A DNA stretch of 64,000 nucleotides from Eledone cirrhosa (lineage: Eukaryota). Made by a program: the position numbers and the translations under genes. The notes under the pieces are model-generated. The model was given only the letters and a program-made list of their open reading frames with translations, was not told where the DNA came from and did not search any database. The stretch covers positions 214,086,001-214,150,000 of the forward strand of contig OZ024741.1 of NCBI GenBank assembly GCA_964016885.1, written 5' to 3'. Every line of letters begins with the position of its first letter. Within the stretch, counting starts at the first letter, position 1. This document shows positions 42,747 through 58,482 of the stretch, one piece after another.

Positions 42747-43976
42747 TGTAGTAGTAGTAGTAGTAGTGGTTGTATTAGTGGTAGTGGTAGTAGTAGTAGT
42801 ATTAGTAGTGGTGGTGGTGGTGGTAGTGGTAGTTTTCGTTGTTTCAGTTTATGTAGCTGAAGTAGTTCTTGTTTCTCATTCCACTTGTTAATATAACTGT
42901 TGTTGTTTTTGTTGTTGTTTCTGTTGTTGTTGTTGCTGTAGGCGTGTGTGTGGTGGTGTTGGTGGTGGTGGTGTTGTTTTTGGTGGTGGAGGTGATGGTA
43001 GTCATCGTCGTGGTAGTGGTAGTAGTGGGGGGGGGTAGTGGGGAGGGAGTGGGGGGGTAGTGGTGGTGTTTGTGGTTGTGGTAGCGGTGATGTTGGTGGT
43101 GGTGGTAGCGGTGGTGGTGGTGGTGGTGGTAGCGGTGGTGTTGGTGAAACTGGTGGTAGTGGTGGTAGCGGTGATGTTGGTGGTGGTGGTGGTGGTGGTA
43201 GCGGTGGTGTTGGTGAAACTGGTGGTAGTGGTGGTGGTGGTAGTGACAATGATACCGTGATGGTTTGGGTGGTGGTGTTAGATGTGGTGGTGTTAGATGT
43301 GGTGTTTGTAGTGGTGGTAGTGGTGGTGGTGGTAGTGGCAATGATACCGTGATGGTTTGGGTGGTGGTGTTTGTAGTGGTGGTGTTGGTGGTGGTGGTAG
43401 CGGTGGTGTTGGTGAAACTGGTGGTAATGGTGGTGGTGGTAGTGACAATGATACCGTGATGGTTTGGGTGGTGGTGTTTGTAGTGGTGGTGTTTGTGGTG
43501 GTGGTGGTGGTGTTCGTAGTGGTGGTAGTGGTGGTAGTGGCAATGATACCGTGATGGTTTGGGTGGTGGTGTTTGTAGTGGTGGTAGTGGTGGTGGTGGT
43601 AGTGGCAATGATACCGTGATGGTTTGGGTGGTGGTGTTTGTAGTGGTGGTGTTGGTGGTGGTGGTAATGGTGGTGTTGGAAGTGGTTATTATCAGCTCTG
43701 TTGATGATAATTGTTTCTACTTTAGGCACAAGGCCAGCAAATACCCAGTACATTACTGGTACTTTATTTTATCGACCCCGTAAGGATGAAAGGCAAAGTC
43801 AACCTCGGTATGATTTGAAATCAGATCGTAAAGGGACGTAACTATGCTGGAAAGCATGGCGTCCGACCCTCTGTTGATGAAAAGAGTAGGGATGGTGATA
43901 GTGAGGACTGGGATGGTGTTGATGGACATAATGATGGTTTCAATGGTATCGTTGATGATGGTGATGTTAGTGATAG

Positions 43977-44016
<40 letters not shown>

Positions 44017-44368
44017 ATTTATGGTGATAGTAATGATGGTGATAATAACGATTGTGAATGGTGATGACATGGGTGCTGGTGATAGGGATGATGATGATGG
44101 TGATGGTGGTGATGGTGGTGATGGTGGTGTTGATGTTTATGGTGATGGTGATGATGGTGATGGTGGCGTTGATGTTTATGATGGTGATGGTGGTGATGGT
44201 GGCGTTGATTTTTTTGGGGGTGATGGTGATGGTATGGTGGTGGTGATACTCGTCATAATGATGATGTTGGTGGTGATGATGGTGATGATGACATGGGTGA
44301 TGGTGATACTGATGATGATGATGGTGATGATGGTGATATTTGTTATTTTTACTAGAGACTGCAGCAGC

Positions 44369-44405
<37 letters not shown>
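42640..44405. repeat. GGT/GTA/GAT/GTT triplet field with a SINE A (minus) at 43709-43872
   Basis: AATGATACCGTGATGGTTTGGGTGGTGGTG occurs five times. Confidence 0.9.
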
Positions 44406-44479
44406 GAAATTTCCGCTTACGTGAACTGTCTCATTATTAGTATTGTTCCTGTAATGGTACTGACTGGTGGAGATACAAG

Positions 44480-44569
<90 letters not shown>

Positions 44570-44975
44570 GTATCTATATATAATATGTATATATATATGT
44601 GTGTGAATATATATATATAGGTCCGCGATGCAATATGTATGGTGAGGGTTGTGTTAATGGTGTATTTTACTGGTGTGAAAGGATGCGGAGAGAGAGAGGT
44701 GGGGGTGGAGAGAGAGGGGGCGGGGACAGAGAGGGGGTAGGATGGGTGTGAAAGGAAGTGGGGGAGAAGGGAGAGAAAAAAGAATAGAGAGAGAGGAAGG
44801 GTGTGAAGGTAAGCGGCGGGATAGTGAGAGACAGAGAGAGAGAGTGAGTGAGTAGAGAGAGAGAGAGTGAGTAGGAAGAGAGAGAGTGAGTGAGTAGGGA
44901 GAGAGAGAGAGAGAGTAGAGAGAATGAGTAGAGAGAGGAAGGGTGAGAGTGAGAGAGGGAGAGAGAGTAGAGAGA

Positions 44976-45006
<31 letters not shown>

Positions 45007-45012
45007 TTTGAC

Positions 45013-45057
<45 letters not shown>

Positions 45058-46190
45058 ATCGTGTCAGAATGGTAAACCATTACTTTGTATTTGGAATGTC
45101 TTTACTCCATTGCAGTCATTCTTTATACACATTTCTACATAGGTACATGTGTGTGTGTGTAGACACACACACACGTGTATATACATGTGAGTGTATGTAT
45201 GCTTGATGGCATCATGTGTGTGTGTGTGTGTGTCTGCGTGTGTGCGTATGCATGTATGTGTTTCTATGTATGAGTATGTACGTATTGTGGGCTGAAAATG
45301 GATTCAAGAAGACAAAGAGAGCGAATGAGATAAAGAGATGTGGGGGGGGGGAAATGTTTGGTTATAGATAGAGAAAGGGAGAGGTAGGATTTAGGAGCGG
45401 GGTGTAGGAGGAGGAAGGTGTCAGTGAAATATGTGGGGGCGGGTAGGGTGAAGTATTACTTTGGTTCACGGAGTTAGGGTGGGAAACTAAACATTTTACA
45501 ATTGTATCTTCACTACACAGGCGACGAATTGGCAGAGTCGTTAGAATGTCAGAAAGGATGCTTTGCAGTATTGGTTTCAACTCTCTGCTCTCTGAGTTCA
45601 AATCTCTCTCCTTCTCTGGAAAACATTTGCTCTGTGCACACCTAAAGAGAATGTGGGCTCCACAAGGTTTAAAATGGCCAAGAAACGCTGTACGTCAAGA
45701 CGCTGTACGTCTCTCTCGGGAGTTACGGGACCATACATGCATCGTCACTATACGGTCCTCCCACTCTTCTTACTCTTCTTCCTTTTCTACTTCTTCTTTT
45801 TCCTTCTTTTCTTCTTTTTCTTCTACCTTTTCTTTCTTCTTTTTCCTCTACCTTTTCTTTCTTTCTTCTTCTTCTTCTTCTTCTTCTTCTTCTTCTTCTT
45901 CTTCTTCTTCTTCTTCTTCTTCTTCTTCTTCTTCTTCTTCTCATTCGTCGTCGTATTTTAATTGCTGGGGCTTCGTTGACAAGAGTATCGTCGTTCATAG
46001 TGATCCCAGAGCATACATTTTGTATCAATCAGTTGCATTATTGATTTCTATTTGCCGAAAAGCTACATTATGTGACACATGTACACGCAAAGCATGAAAT
46101 CACACCGAATGGCTTATATCCCGTGCAACACCGGGTACGGTTCTAATATATATATATATATACATACATACACAATTAAACAATCACAAA

Positions 46191-46274
<84 letters not shown>

Positions 46275-46285
46275 CACAATCACAA

Positions 46286-46353
<68 letters not shown>

Positions 46354-46760
46354 CATTTCAGTTAATTACCGTTTAACAAGACATGCAAGGAGGCCTCAAA
46401 GATAACAGTGGGGAAAAAACCAACAAAATACAAGCATTAAATAAATAAAATAAAATCTACCAACTAATTCTAAAAGTGTCTGGGTTTGGGGAGGTTGGGG
46501 GAGGGGATGAGGGGAGGATGGGGGGTAGGGTAGGAAGATGATAGAGGGAGAAAAAGGAGAAAAGGAAATAGAAAGATTTGTTGATGTTAATCTCAAAAAT
46601 AAACAACTTTAATGAATAATAATTTCATAAGAAAAACATCTCTCAAAATATATATACAAAAACTTAATAATAATTCATAAAAGTAATGATAATAAAAATA
46701 ATAATAATTTATAAGGATAATAATTATTTATAATAATTATAATTTATAATAATATTAATA

Positions 46761-47572
46761 ATTGTTTTTGCTTTAGGCACAAGGCCAGCAATTTGAAGGG
46801 GAGGGGAAAGTCGATTAACTCGACCTCAGTGCATTACGGGTACTTTATTTTATCGACCCCGTAAGGATGAAAGGCAAAGCTAATCTCGGCAGGATTTGAA
46901 CGCAGAACGTAAAGGGCCGTAAGTCTCTGCCTAATAATAAAAGTTTCTTTATTTGCAACATACGGCTTATATAATAAGGACAATAAAGATGGTACAAGAC
47001 GGTACAGTATAGGGGTTTCTGATTTAGGCACATGGCCAACAATTTTGAGGAAGGGAGAAATTTCAATAAAACTACCTCAGTTCTTGACTGGTACTTCATT
47101 TTATCGATCCCTGTAAGGATGAATGACAAAGATAACCTCGGTGGGATTTGAACTCAGAACGTAAATGGACGTAACTATATGCTGCAAAGCATGTTGTCCG
47201 ATGCTCTACCGATTCTTCTAATCCACCACTTTTACTCATAATAAGAGTGGGGCAGTTCATTCACTGGAAAAATATGTAAATTCCATGGCGAATAAATACT
47301 GCAAGACTGATATCAACATCATCCACATCCGGTAACAGTAATTTATAGCGTAAATAATGATTTCTAATAGAGGCACAAGGCCAGTAATTTGGGAGAAAGG
47401 GAAAGTCGATTAAATCGACGCCAGTATGTTACTGGTGCTTTATTTTATCGACCCCGTAAGGCTAAAAGGCAAAGTTAACCTCGGCGGGATTTGAACTCAG
47501 ACCGTAAAGGACCGTAATACTATGGTGGAAAGCATGGTGTTCGAATCTACCGATACTGCCAATCCACCGCCT
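46761..47572 (-). mobile_element. Cluster of three SINE family A copies
   Basis: Approximately 46761-46930, 47015-47228 and 47360-47572. Confidence 0.85.
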
Positions 47573-47985
47573 AAAAAGGTTTACCGGGTACCCTACTCCC
47601 GACCAGGATCACCGCCGTCTATAATTCCTACAACTAGGCCGCCGAGACCGCTACTGGTAACGTAAATAATACTATGGGATTTCATAATTCACAATGACAG
47701 GACAATCAAAGCCAATAGACCAGATATGATAATAAGAGATAAAAACATCAAAATATGCTTCATGATAAACATGGAAGTGCCTGTTAATTGCAATGTGTCT
47801 TTTAATATATTTGAAAATAGGTGTTATGATTGGTGCTCTGAAATAGCGATGTATACGTGAATGTATGTATAGTATATTTGGCAATATACCGTATGTTTAA
47901 TTAAATACATTTAGAAAACCATACGCTATCAGTTTTAAAGTAGTGACCATGTCACTTACTTCTTTTGGGCGAAAGAAGGGAGAGA

Positions 47986-48026
47986 AGCTGAAGTCTGTTT
48001 CACGCTGGTTGGCGTTCATCAGAACC
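47986..48026 (-). ncRNA. Minimal hammerhead-like motif
   Basis: Reverse complement GGTT-CTGATGA-ACGC-CAACCA-GCGT-GAAA-CAGACT-TC-AGCT. Stem III is weak. Confidence 0.45.
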
Positions 48027-48207
48027 ACGTACTCTCCTGCTTTATAGAAAATTATAGAAGCTGGATTCTTATAGAATTCCAGTAATAATCAGGAGCTCAT
48101 TATAAAGAGCGATTGCCGGTCCAGCAAAAATTAGGTATTAGGGTTGGTGGTCTGAAATAGCGATATATACATGAATGTATGTATAGTATACTATACATGC
48201 ATTCATA

Positions 48208-48429
48208 TTTGAAAATGTTTCAAAGTACAAGTATCTTGAAATAGAAATGCAAAGAATGTGGGGTTCAGAAGACACCACTATTCCAGTTATAGTTAGAGCA
48301 CTGGACCTGATAAACTAAGAAACTGACAAATTATTAGATCATGTACCAGGTAAACCTTGTATAAAAGAAATTCAGAATATCCTACTCACTAGTACTACCT
48401 ACATTTTGCGAAGAGCATTGTCAATATAA
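48208..48429 (+). pseudogene. R4/Dong RLE endonuclease C-terminal fragment
   Basis: SKYKYLEIEMQRMWG..TIPVIVRALDLIN*..IKEIQNILLTSTTYILRRALSI*. Confidence 0.8.
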
Positions 48430-48599
48430 TTTTGGGAAAGAAAACAGTGATGTATCTTCTATGTTACCAAAGATTGCTCTTTAAACAATATATTTTATTA
48501 TGTCTTTAAATGTGTATATATTTGTAAAAGAAATCAATAACCTGCAAATAATCTAATTGATTTTACTGACTATCGACAGCTGACCAACTTTCGTCAAAT

Positions 48600-48783
48600 C
48601 GGACCGAGGAAACAATGTTTCCATTGGTCTTCCAATTGCCAATGCTATCTATCGGTCGCAACTCCAGGTAGAAAGAGCAACGTGAAATAAAGTATCTTGC
48701 CGAAGGACATAACGCATCACCCAGTCCGGGAATCGAACTCACAACCTCACGATTGCGAAACCAATTCTCTAACCACTTAGCCA
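48600..48783 (-). mobile_element. SINE family B
   Basis: GCAACGTGAAATAAAGTATCTTGCCGAAGGACA..GGAATCGAACTC..CTAACCACTTAGCCA. Paralogue at 53790-53955. Confidence 0.8.
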
Positions 48784-49018
48784 TATTGTATGCAGACCTT
48801 TTGAATTTATGAATATTCTGTATGTTTATGTCTGTGCATGTGTGTGTGTATACGATGCATTTTTACTTGCTTTCTCAAACTCTCAACAAGATACCATTAC
48901 ATACCTATGACGCTGAGAAACAAAAGTGTCATAACAAACTTTCACCCATCATAGGCCCCTGGTTGTGACGCTGTGGGATGTATATTATTTTACAGATATC
49001 CAAGAAAATTATTAAAAA

Positions 49019-49410
49019 TAATTGTTTCTACGTTTGGCACAAGGCCAGCAATTATCCCAGTGCATTACTGGTACTTTATGCTATCGACCCCTTAAGGATG
49101 AAAGGCAAAGTTAACCTCTGCGGGATTTGAACTCAGATCGAAAAGGGACGTAACTTTATGCTGCAAATCCACCGCCCTTGGTTGAGGTAATAATAATAAT
49201 AATAATAATAATAATGATGATGATGATGATAATTGTTTCTGCATTTGGCGCAAGGCCAGCAATTACCCAGTACATTACTGGTACTTTATTTTATCGACGA
49301 CTCCGTAAGGATGAAAGGCAAAGTTAACTCGTTTCTGGTTTAGGCACAAGGCCAACAATTTTGTGGGGGTGGAAGGAGTCGATTAAATTGACACCAGTGC
49401 ATTACTATGA
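49019..49410 (-). mobile_element. SINE family A cluster
   Basis: Same diagnostic core, three partial copies. Confidence 0.8.
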
Positions 49411-49454
49411 AAACAAAGCTGAGTTCACCCACACCTTCATTTGCAGGCCGTGTG

Positions 49455-49935
49455 CCTATATTAACTAAATCAAGGCAGTGCTCCAGTATGACCGCAATCT
49501 AATGAATGAAACCAGTCAACTATAAACTGAGGTCTATATAATCGACTAAATCAAGGCATTTCCCCAGTATGGCCGCAGTTTAATGACTACAAATTATAAA
49601 ATAGATTCTTGTGTTTATATGATCGACTAAATCAAGACGATACCACAGCATGGCCGCAGTCTACCGATTTAAACCAGCAAACTATAAACTGTTGTCTATA
49701 TAATAAACTAAACCAAGACAGTGCCCCAGTATGACCACATTCTAATGACTGAAACCATGAAACCAGTAATCAATAAACTGGTGTCAATATAATCACCTAA
49801 ACCAAAGCAGTGCCCCAGTATGGCCACAGTCTAATGACAAAACTAGTACTCTATGAACTGGAGTCTATTTAATCAACTAAATCAAGGCAGTGCCCCAGCA
49901 TGGCCGTAGTCTAATAAATGAAACTAGTAAAAGAA
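49455..49935 (+). repeat. Tandem repeat of about 80 bp, six units
   Basis: AATCAAGGCAGTGCCCCAG(C/T)ATGGCCGCAGTCTAATGACTGAAAC at about 49468, 49549, 49630, 49710, 49800 and 49880. Confidence 0.85.
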
Positions 49936-49949
49936 TTTCTTAAAAATCA

Positions 49950-50175
49950 CCTGAAATGAGTCAGCTTTGGAATGGCGGCCATTTTGTTTTTTGTTTTTGT
50001 TGTTGTTGTTTTTTAGTTCGGCAGCTGAAGATTGTTGTTGTTGTTATCTTTCCAGTTAATGTTGTTTGCTGTTAAGATTTTAACTGTCGATGGTTAAAAA
50101 CACATTCCTTCAGGAACAGTGAGAAAATGGCGCGGGGGGTAGGTGAATACTATGACTCACACCCCGCCATCCAAC
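49950..50175. promoter_or_regulatory. Putative enhancer or promoter island (YY1 and AP-1 motifs)
   Basis: TGAGTCA at about 49957, AATGGCGGCCATTTT at 49971, AAAATGGCG at 50124, TGACTCA at 50153. Confidence 0.35.
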
Positions 50176-50744
50176 ACTTTTCTCTTCCTAGACAATTTCG
50201 TTGCCTTTTTTTTTTTTTTTTGTAAAAAAATAAACATTCTTTGTTTTTTGCGATAACGACGGGGGGGGGGGTTAGGTGTGTGTGTGTGTGTTTGTGTGTT
50301 TGTGTGTTTGTATATGTGTGTGTATGTGTGGGGATGTTAGTATGATTGTATGTCTTTATGTCACTGTAAGTGAATATATACGTGAATGTTATTTGTGTGT
50401 GTGTGTATGTGTGTGTGCATATGATTGTTTGTCTCTGACTACGTTCGTGGTTCGTGTGTGCGTGTACTCATCTGTGTGTGTGTGTTGTGTATGTATGTGC
50501 GACTGTGTTAGTGTATGATGTGTGTGTGTACTCATGTATGTGTGTGTGTACTCATGTGTGTGTGTGTGTGTATGTATGTGCGAATGTGTTAGTGTATGTG
50601 TGTATGTGTGTCTACATTTGTGTGTGCATATGCTTGTGTGTTTGTGTTCATGTCTGTGTGTGTGCTTATGTGTGTGTGTGTATGTGTGGTAACAGTTTCA
50701 CATGCATAGTTGTTGGTATCATAAGGAGAACCCATTTAAACTCC

Positions 50745-52280
50745 CTGCAACAGCAACAACAACCACAACTACAATAACAGACACAACAGCATCAATAGCA
50801 TCAACAGCAGCAGCATCAACAACAGCAGCAATAACAGCAACAGTGACAACAGCAGCATCAACAACAGCAGCAATAACAGCAACAGTGATAACAGCAGCAT
50901 CAACAACAGCAGCAATAACAGCAACAGTGACAACAACAGCATCATCAACAACAGCAGCAATAACAGCAACAGTGACAACAACAGCATCATCAACAACAGC
51001 AGCAATAACAGCAACAGTGACAACAACAGCAGCATTAACAACAGCAGCAATAACAGCAGCATCAACAACAGCAGCAATAACAGCAACAGTGACAACAACA
51101 GCAGCATCAACAACAGCAGCAATAACAGCAACAGTGACAACAACAGCAGCATCAACAACAGCAGCAATAACAGCAACAGTGACAACAACAGCAGCATCAA
51201 CAACAGCAGCAATAACAGCAACAGTGACAGCAACAGCAGCATTAACAACAGCAGCAATAACAGCAACAGCGACAATAACAGCAACAACAACAGCAGCAAT
51301 AACAGCAACAGTGACAACAACAGCAGCAACAACAACAGCAATAACAGCAACAGCAGCAGCAACAACAGCAATAACAGCAACTGTGACAACAACAGCAGCA
51401 TCAACAACATTAGCAATAACAGCAACAGCAGCAATAACAGCAGCAATAACAGCAACGGTGACAACAACAGCAGCAACAACAGCAGCAATAACAGCAACAG
51501 CGACAACAACAGCAGCAACAACAGCAGCAATAACAGCAACAGCGACAACAACAGCAGCAACAACAGCAGCAATAACAGCAACAGCGACAACAACAGCAGC
51601 AACAACAGCAGCAATAACAGCAACAGCAGCAACAACAGCAGCAATAACAGCAACAGCGACAACAGCAGCATGAACAACAGCAGCAATAACAGCAACAGTG
51701 ACAACAACAGCAGCAACAACAGCAGCAATAACAGCAACAGCGACAACAACAGCAGCAACAACAGCAGCAATAACAGCAACAGCGACAACAACAGCAGCAA
51801 CAACAGCAGCAATAACAGCAACAGCAGCAACAACAGCAGCAATAACAGCAACAGCGACAACAACAGCAGCATGAACAACAGCAGCAATAACAGCAACTGT
51901 GACAATAACAGCAGCATCAGCAATAACAGCAGCAATAACAGCAACAGTGACAACAACAGTGACAACAACAGCAGCAATAACAGCAACAGCGACAATAACA
52001 GCATCAACAACAGCAGCAATAACAGCAACATCGACAACAACAGCATCAACAACAGCAGCAATAACAGCAGCAGTGACAACAACAAGAGTAACAACAGCAA
52101 CTGTGACAACAACAGCAGCAATAACAGCAACAGTGACAACAGCAGCAGCATCAACAACAGCAGCAATAACAGCAACAGCGACAACAACAGCAGCATCAAC
52201 AACAGCAGCAATAACAGCAACAGTGACAACAACAACAGTGACAACAGCAGCAGCAATAACAACCACAACAATAACAACTG
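50745..52280. repeat. (ACA/GCA) minisatellite with a 33-36 bp unit
   Basis: ACAGCAGCAATAACAGCAACAG(T/C)GACAACA repeated. Confidence 0.95.
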
Positions 52281-52384
52281 TGTACTCTGAACATGTTAAA
52301 CAGTCGTTTCTACCATCGTAAATATGGAAAAGACTTGTTACCCCAAGCTATGGGGGAGGGGGAGCTCCTACACGGCTGCTCGTT

Positions 52385-53185
52385 CATGTTGGTAGACATA
52401 GCAGCCAAATACCCCTCAAATAGCATACTGCTGCCTGTAAAACAGACGCCTACTTGTAGTTAATCGGGTGATTTGCTAGAAATAACAACCAACTCTCCCC
52501 CAAATCACATATTAACGTTTTTTTAAAAAAAGAGAGAATGCACAGCGGAGCCGAAGTCGAGATCCTCTGCGGAGTTGATCACACTATTTGTTAGAAATAG
52601 AAGCCAAATCTCTCTCAAATTGCACAGTATCTTCTACACAAAAGGAAGGACACAGGAGCCAATGTGAAATAGCCTCCATTTACTTGATTCTTCGGTTTGT
52701 TAAAATTAGAAGCGAACTAACCCTCAAATCAGACACTATTTCCTTCAACGTATGACTTGGTATCTAGATGATCAATCGATAAGTTAAAAACAGCAGTCAA
52801 ATCTCCCTCAAATCACACACTAATGTGTTAATAAATGGACACAGAATGCAATATGATAGTCTTTCCGTGGTTGATCGTTTGACTTCGAAATAGCAACCAA
52901 ATCTCCGCCAAATCACACGTTATGATCTTTAAAACAAAGGGATATAACAACCAAAATCGAGAGCCTTTACAGAATTGGGTCGCTCGCTTTGGTAAATATA
53001 ACAGTTAAATTTCTCTTTAGTCCCACACTGCCATATTAAAAGATGAAAGAGATGAGATAATGTGGAAAATATTTATAGTGGATCTTAAAAATAGACTGAC
53101 ACCTGGGAGACGGTATCTGGATGATGAATCAATTTCCTTTAGAAATAGTAGCCAAATCTCCCTCAAAATCATACACTCTAACAGG
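52385..53185 (+). repeat. Degenerate tandem repeat of about 100 bp (TAGAAATAGCAGCCAAATCTCCCTCAAATCACAC)
   Basis: About 8 units. Confidence 0.75.
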
Positions 53186-53526
53186 GTGGATATCATGGTG
53201 AAAGAATCTCAGATGAATTCATAGAGAACGAAACAGAACGAATCCTGTAAGAGTCTTTAATTTGACGATTGATAATATATCACTCAGGTTCACATATTGG
53301 GTGAATTGCTTTAGTATGTGGTTAACTCAGTTTCAAACGGTAACTTACACATATATATATATATATATGTATGTGTATGTTTGTACGTGTATGTATGGAC
53401 ACATGTATAAACACATATACATACATGTGTGTATGTATATGTTTATATGCATCTGCATATGTATATATATATGAAAGACGTAAAATAAGGACATTTTAAA
53501 ATTAACTTACTTACTAAAATGTTCAC

Positions 53527-53604
53527 TCCAACTAATTAGTTTCTGTAAGGGAATAAATATAGTTACGCAACGCAACTATAGAGAAGTCCTTACGTCATCA
53601 GGGA
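53527..53604 (-). ncRNA. Type I hammerhead in a PLE end
   Basis: Reverse complement TCC-CTGATGA-C-GTAAGG..CCTTAC-A-GAAA-CTAATTAG-TT-GGA. Confidence 0.65.
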
Positions 53605-53666
53605 TTCTATTCTCAGCTAAGTTCCCAGGCAATGCGCGGACACTAGGAACCCATACAAAAATAATA

Positions 53667-53729
<63 letters not shown>

Positions 53730-53970
53730 CAGTTGATCGACAAGATACTAGATATCATTCGTTTAACGAGTGTGGTGGAGGTCGTCAATTAGGACCGAGG
53801 AAACAATGTTTCCATTGGTCTTTCCAATAGCTAATACTATCTGTCAGTCACAAATCCAGACAGAAAGAACAACGTGAAATAAAGTGTCTTACTCAAGGAC
53901 ATAACGCAACCCCATGATTACGAATCAAATTCTCTAACCATTCAGCCACTCGCCTTCACTAAATATATAT

Positions 53971-54053
<83 letters not shown>

Positions 54054-54290
54054 TTTATATATATATATATATATATTTGCGTTGCTATCCTTCTATGTTT
54101 GTTTACTTGTCTCGCTCGCTTCACGCGATTTACTTGTCCCAATAGCTTTATTTAGCTATTGCTCGCACCAACTGGAGGTATATGATTTTTAAAGCGATGA
54201 AATACCAATGAAGGTTGGAAAATCACTGATGAAGGACTATTTTTATCATATGTAACCCATGTGCAACCACGCAGTATTCATTCTTCTCAT

Positions 54291-54338
<48 letters not shown>

Positions 54339-54549
54339 CGTTTCTGAATTTGTTTAGCAAGATTCTTTATCTGAAAACGTGTGTTGAGACCGATATTTGT
54401 TATGCTTTGGGAGGGTCATGGTGCCAATAAGAAACACACGCACCAGTTGCTTTCACTCCAATTTATTATAAATTAAACTCATAAATTTAAGAATTTATAA
54501 ATTTCCGGTTGGTTGGTTGGTTCCACAACCGGATGGTTGTTCATATATT

Positions 54550-54592
54550 GTCAAAGTTCTTTCGTCACACATTATGTGACCTCTTCAGTGAC
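54550..54592 (-). ncRNA. Minimal hammerhead
   Basis: Reverse complement GTCA-CTGAAGA-G-GTCACA-TAATG-TGTGAC-GAAA-GAAC-TT-TGAC. Confidence 0.65.
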
Positions 54593-54664
54593 TGGGGATT
54601 CTTTTCTTTGTTTTTGTGCCTCTTTATGATTGCACATCCTGTAATGGGTTTATATTTTGCATTT

Positions 54665-55461
54665 GTGGTTCAGGGACGGCGTGGCAGCCGCTTAAATATT
54701 CAAAATATACCACTTTTAGACTCAAATTTCCACTTTGTCGGCTCTAGCTCCCACATTAATCAACCTACTTTGTACAAATTTTACTCTACGCTAAATCTGA
54801 TTATTTCACGTCTTAAAGTCGCTTTACATTTTGGATTTTTGTTCAGGAACGGCGTGGCAGCCGCTTAAATATTCGAAAATACCACATTTTCTTTCAAATT
54901 TCCGCCTTTTCGGCTCTAGCTCCCACATTTTTCAACCGATTTCGTTCACATTCTAAACTTCGGCTCCACCTCACACGTAAATCAATTTATTTGGTTCAAC
55001 TTTTACACTACGATAGAACCTATCATTAGCTCCCACAATTTTCAACCGATTTCGTTCAAATTCGAAACTTCGGCTCCACCTCACACATAAATCAATTTAT
55101 TTGGTTCAACTTTTATACTACGATAGAACCTATCATTGCACATCTTATAGATGGTCAAAGGCAAAACGATGGCCACTGACGTCGTCTGAGCTTTTAGTTG
55201 TGTATTTGAGAATTCATCGGTTTCCAATCAAGTAGCGTGAGGAAATTTGGCTTAGTGTTAGAGGTCATTACCTCCCTCCCCCTGCATGCCCCTTCGTCAG
55301 TCACCCGCATTTCTCAGTGATAGAAGTCATTACCACCCTCCCCCGCATGGCCTGTGTGTGGCCATAGATGACTCATCGAGAAGCAGTCGCTAAGATCAAC
55401 ACCTTTGCATCAAAGCAGATATGATTTTACCTACCTAGGCAACGCTGGGTACTGCTGCTAG
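54665..55461 (+). mobile_element. Helitron-like non-autonomous element with internal tandem duplications
   Basis: 3' CCTAGGCAACGCTGGG..CTAG|T in (TA)n. Duplicated blocks 54670/54840 and 54917/55027. The 5' end is uncertain. Confidence 0.6.
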
Positions 55462-55512
55462 TATATATATATATATATATATATAGCATATAGGTACATA
55501 TGTATTCATATG

Positions 55513-55624
<112 letters not shown>

Positions 55625-55762
55625 TGAATGTGTATATATGCATATATATAGAAATATGTGTGTATGTAATACTGCACTCCCTTAACTACACAATTTATTC
55701 CAAAGATTAATAGATTTCATATAAATGGAGGCTTTGTGTTAAGCATTTCCGATTATACGTAT

Positions 55763-55814
<52 letters not shown>

Positions 55815-55846
55815 ACACATGCACACACACGTACACACACACATAT

Positions 55847-55877
<31 letters not shown>

Positions 55878-56038
55878 TATAGATAGATAGATAGATAGAT
55901 AGAAATATAGATAGGCATATATCTGTATGAAGCATGTGTCTGCGTGTGTAATTACGAGTCCTTTTTATGCTCTATTTCACATATAATCACACTAATGTAT
56001 ATACATATATAGACGTAGTCTGTTATATATATATATAG

Positions 56039-56128
<90 letters not shown>

Positions 56129-56566
56129 GGGGGGGGGGAGAATCTAGATGTAGTGTACGTAATTTATCTAGTTTTCGCTCTATTTCACACACACATAAAC
56201 ACACACTAGTTCATTCATAGTAGCGTACGATGTCTCTGTCTCCTAATTTATCTATTTTCCGCTTTGCACATACACACATACATATATACATATATATATA
56301 TATACATATACACACACATATACATACATATACATACATATACATATACACACACATATACACACATATACATACATATACATATACACACACATATACA
56401 CACATATACATACATATATATACATATACACATACATATACATGCAAACATATATATATATATATATATGCATATACCTAGATACTTATACATACATAAA
56501 TACATATATACATACAAACATACAAACATATATGTGTATATATATACATATATATATATACTTTTC

Positions 56567-56620
<54 letters not shown>

Positions 56621-57182
56621 GTACATATATATATGTATATATATATATATATATATGCATATGCCTATATACATATACATATATAAATACATATATATAT
56701 ACAAACATATTTAAGTGTCTATATATATAAGTGTATATATATATATATAGACACATATATATACGAGTATATATATGTGTCTATATATATATATATATAT
56801 ACATTTATACACACACACATATATATATACATATACCTATATACATATACATGAATATATACATACAAACATATATATATGTATGCGTGTATGTATGTAT
56901 GTCTATATAACAGAAATATATAGGCGGTACTGGTTTAAAGAATGCCAAACAAAACCGAACAAAACAATGTTTTGTTTTGCTTTTTAGCCAATATATTTAA
57001 TCCTGATGATATTTCAAGGTAAATGCTTTCCTTTCAAATGAATGTATTACGAGAGCTTTCGCTCACACGACAAACGTGTTCAAGTCTCCAAATTACTGAT
57101 AATGAAGAAGTATGTCAAAGTGTTAATATAAAACTCACAAATTTCGGGGTTTATGTGGCCATTGCCCTTTTCTAGCCCCACG

Positions 57183-57283
<101 letters not shown>

Positions 57284-57542
57284 AAGTGTATCTGTTGGTT
57301 GTTTACCGACACCGTAGTAAGCAGGTTGCAGCACTCAACGAGGTGCGCAGGTTGGTTTGTTCACTCCGGAGTGCCTTAATTTTTACTGCCTGATGAGTCA
57401 CAGCCAATAATACAGCGAATTAGAATAAACGAAGCCAACTTTAACTTGTTTGACTTACACATATTACTCTCAAGCGTGAAACTACAAACCATATCAGTTG
57501 TACTACCTCTTTGTTTTTTGTTCTCTGTTCATTTATTAAGCC

Positions 57543-58482
<940 letters not shown>

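Noticed and set aside
50702-52321. Ala/Thr-rich antifreeze- or mucin-like ORFs
   Set aside because: Triplet minisatellite that is open in several frames on both strands.
57001-57045. CTGATGA as a hammerhead core
   Set aside because: No GAAA or stems in register. The sequence belongs to a degenerate inverted-repeat family also seen at 58665-58905.
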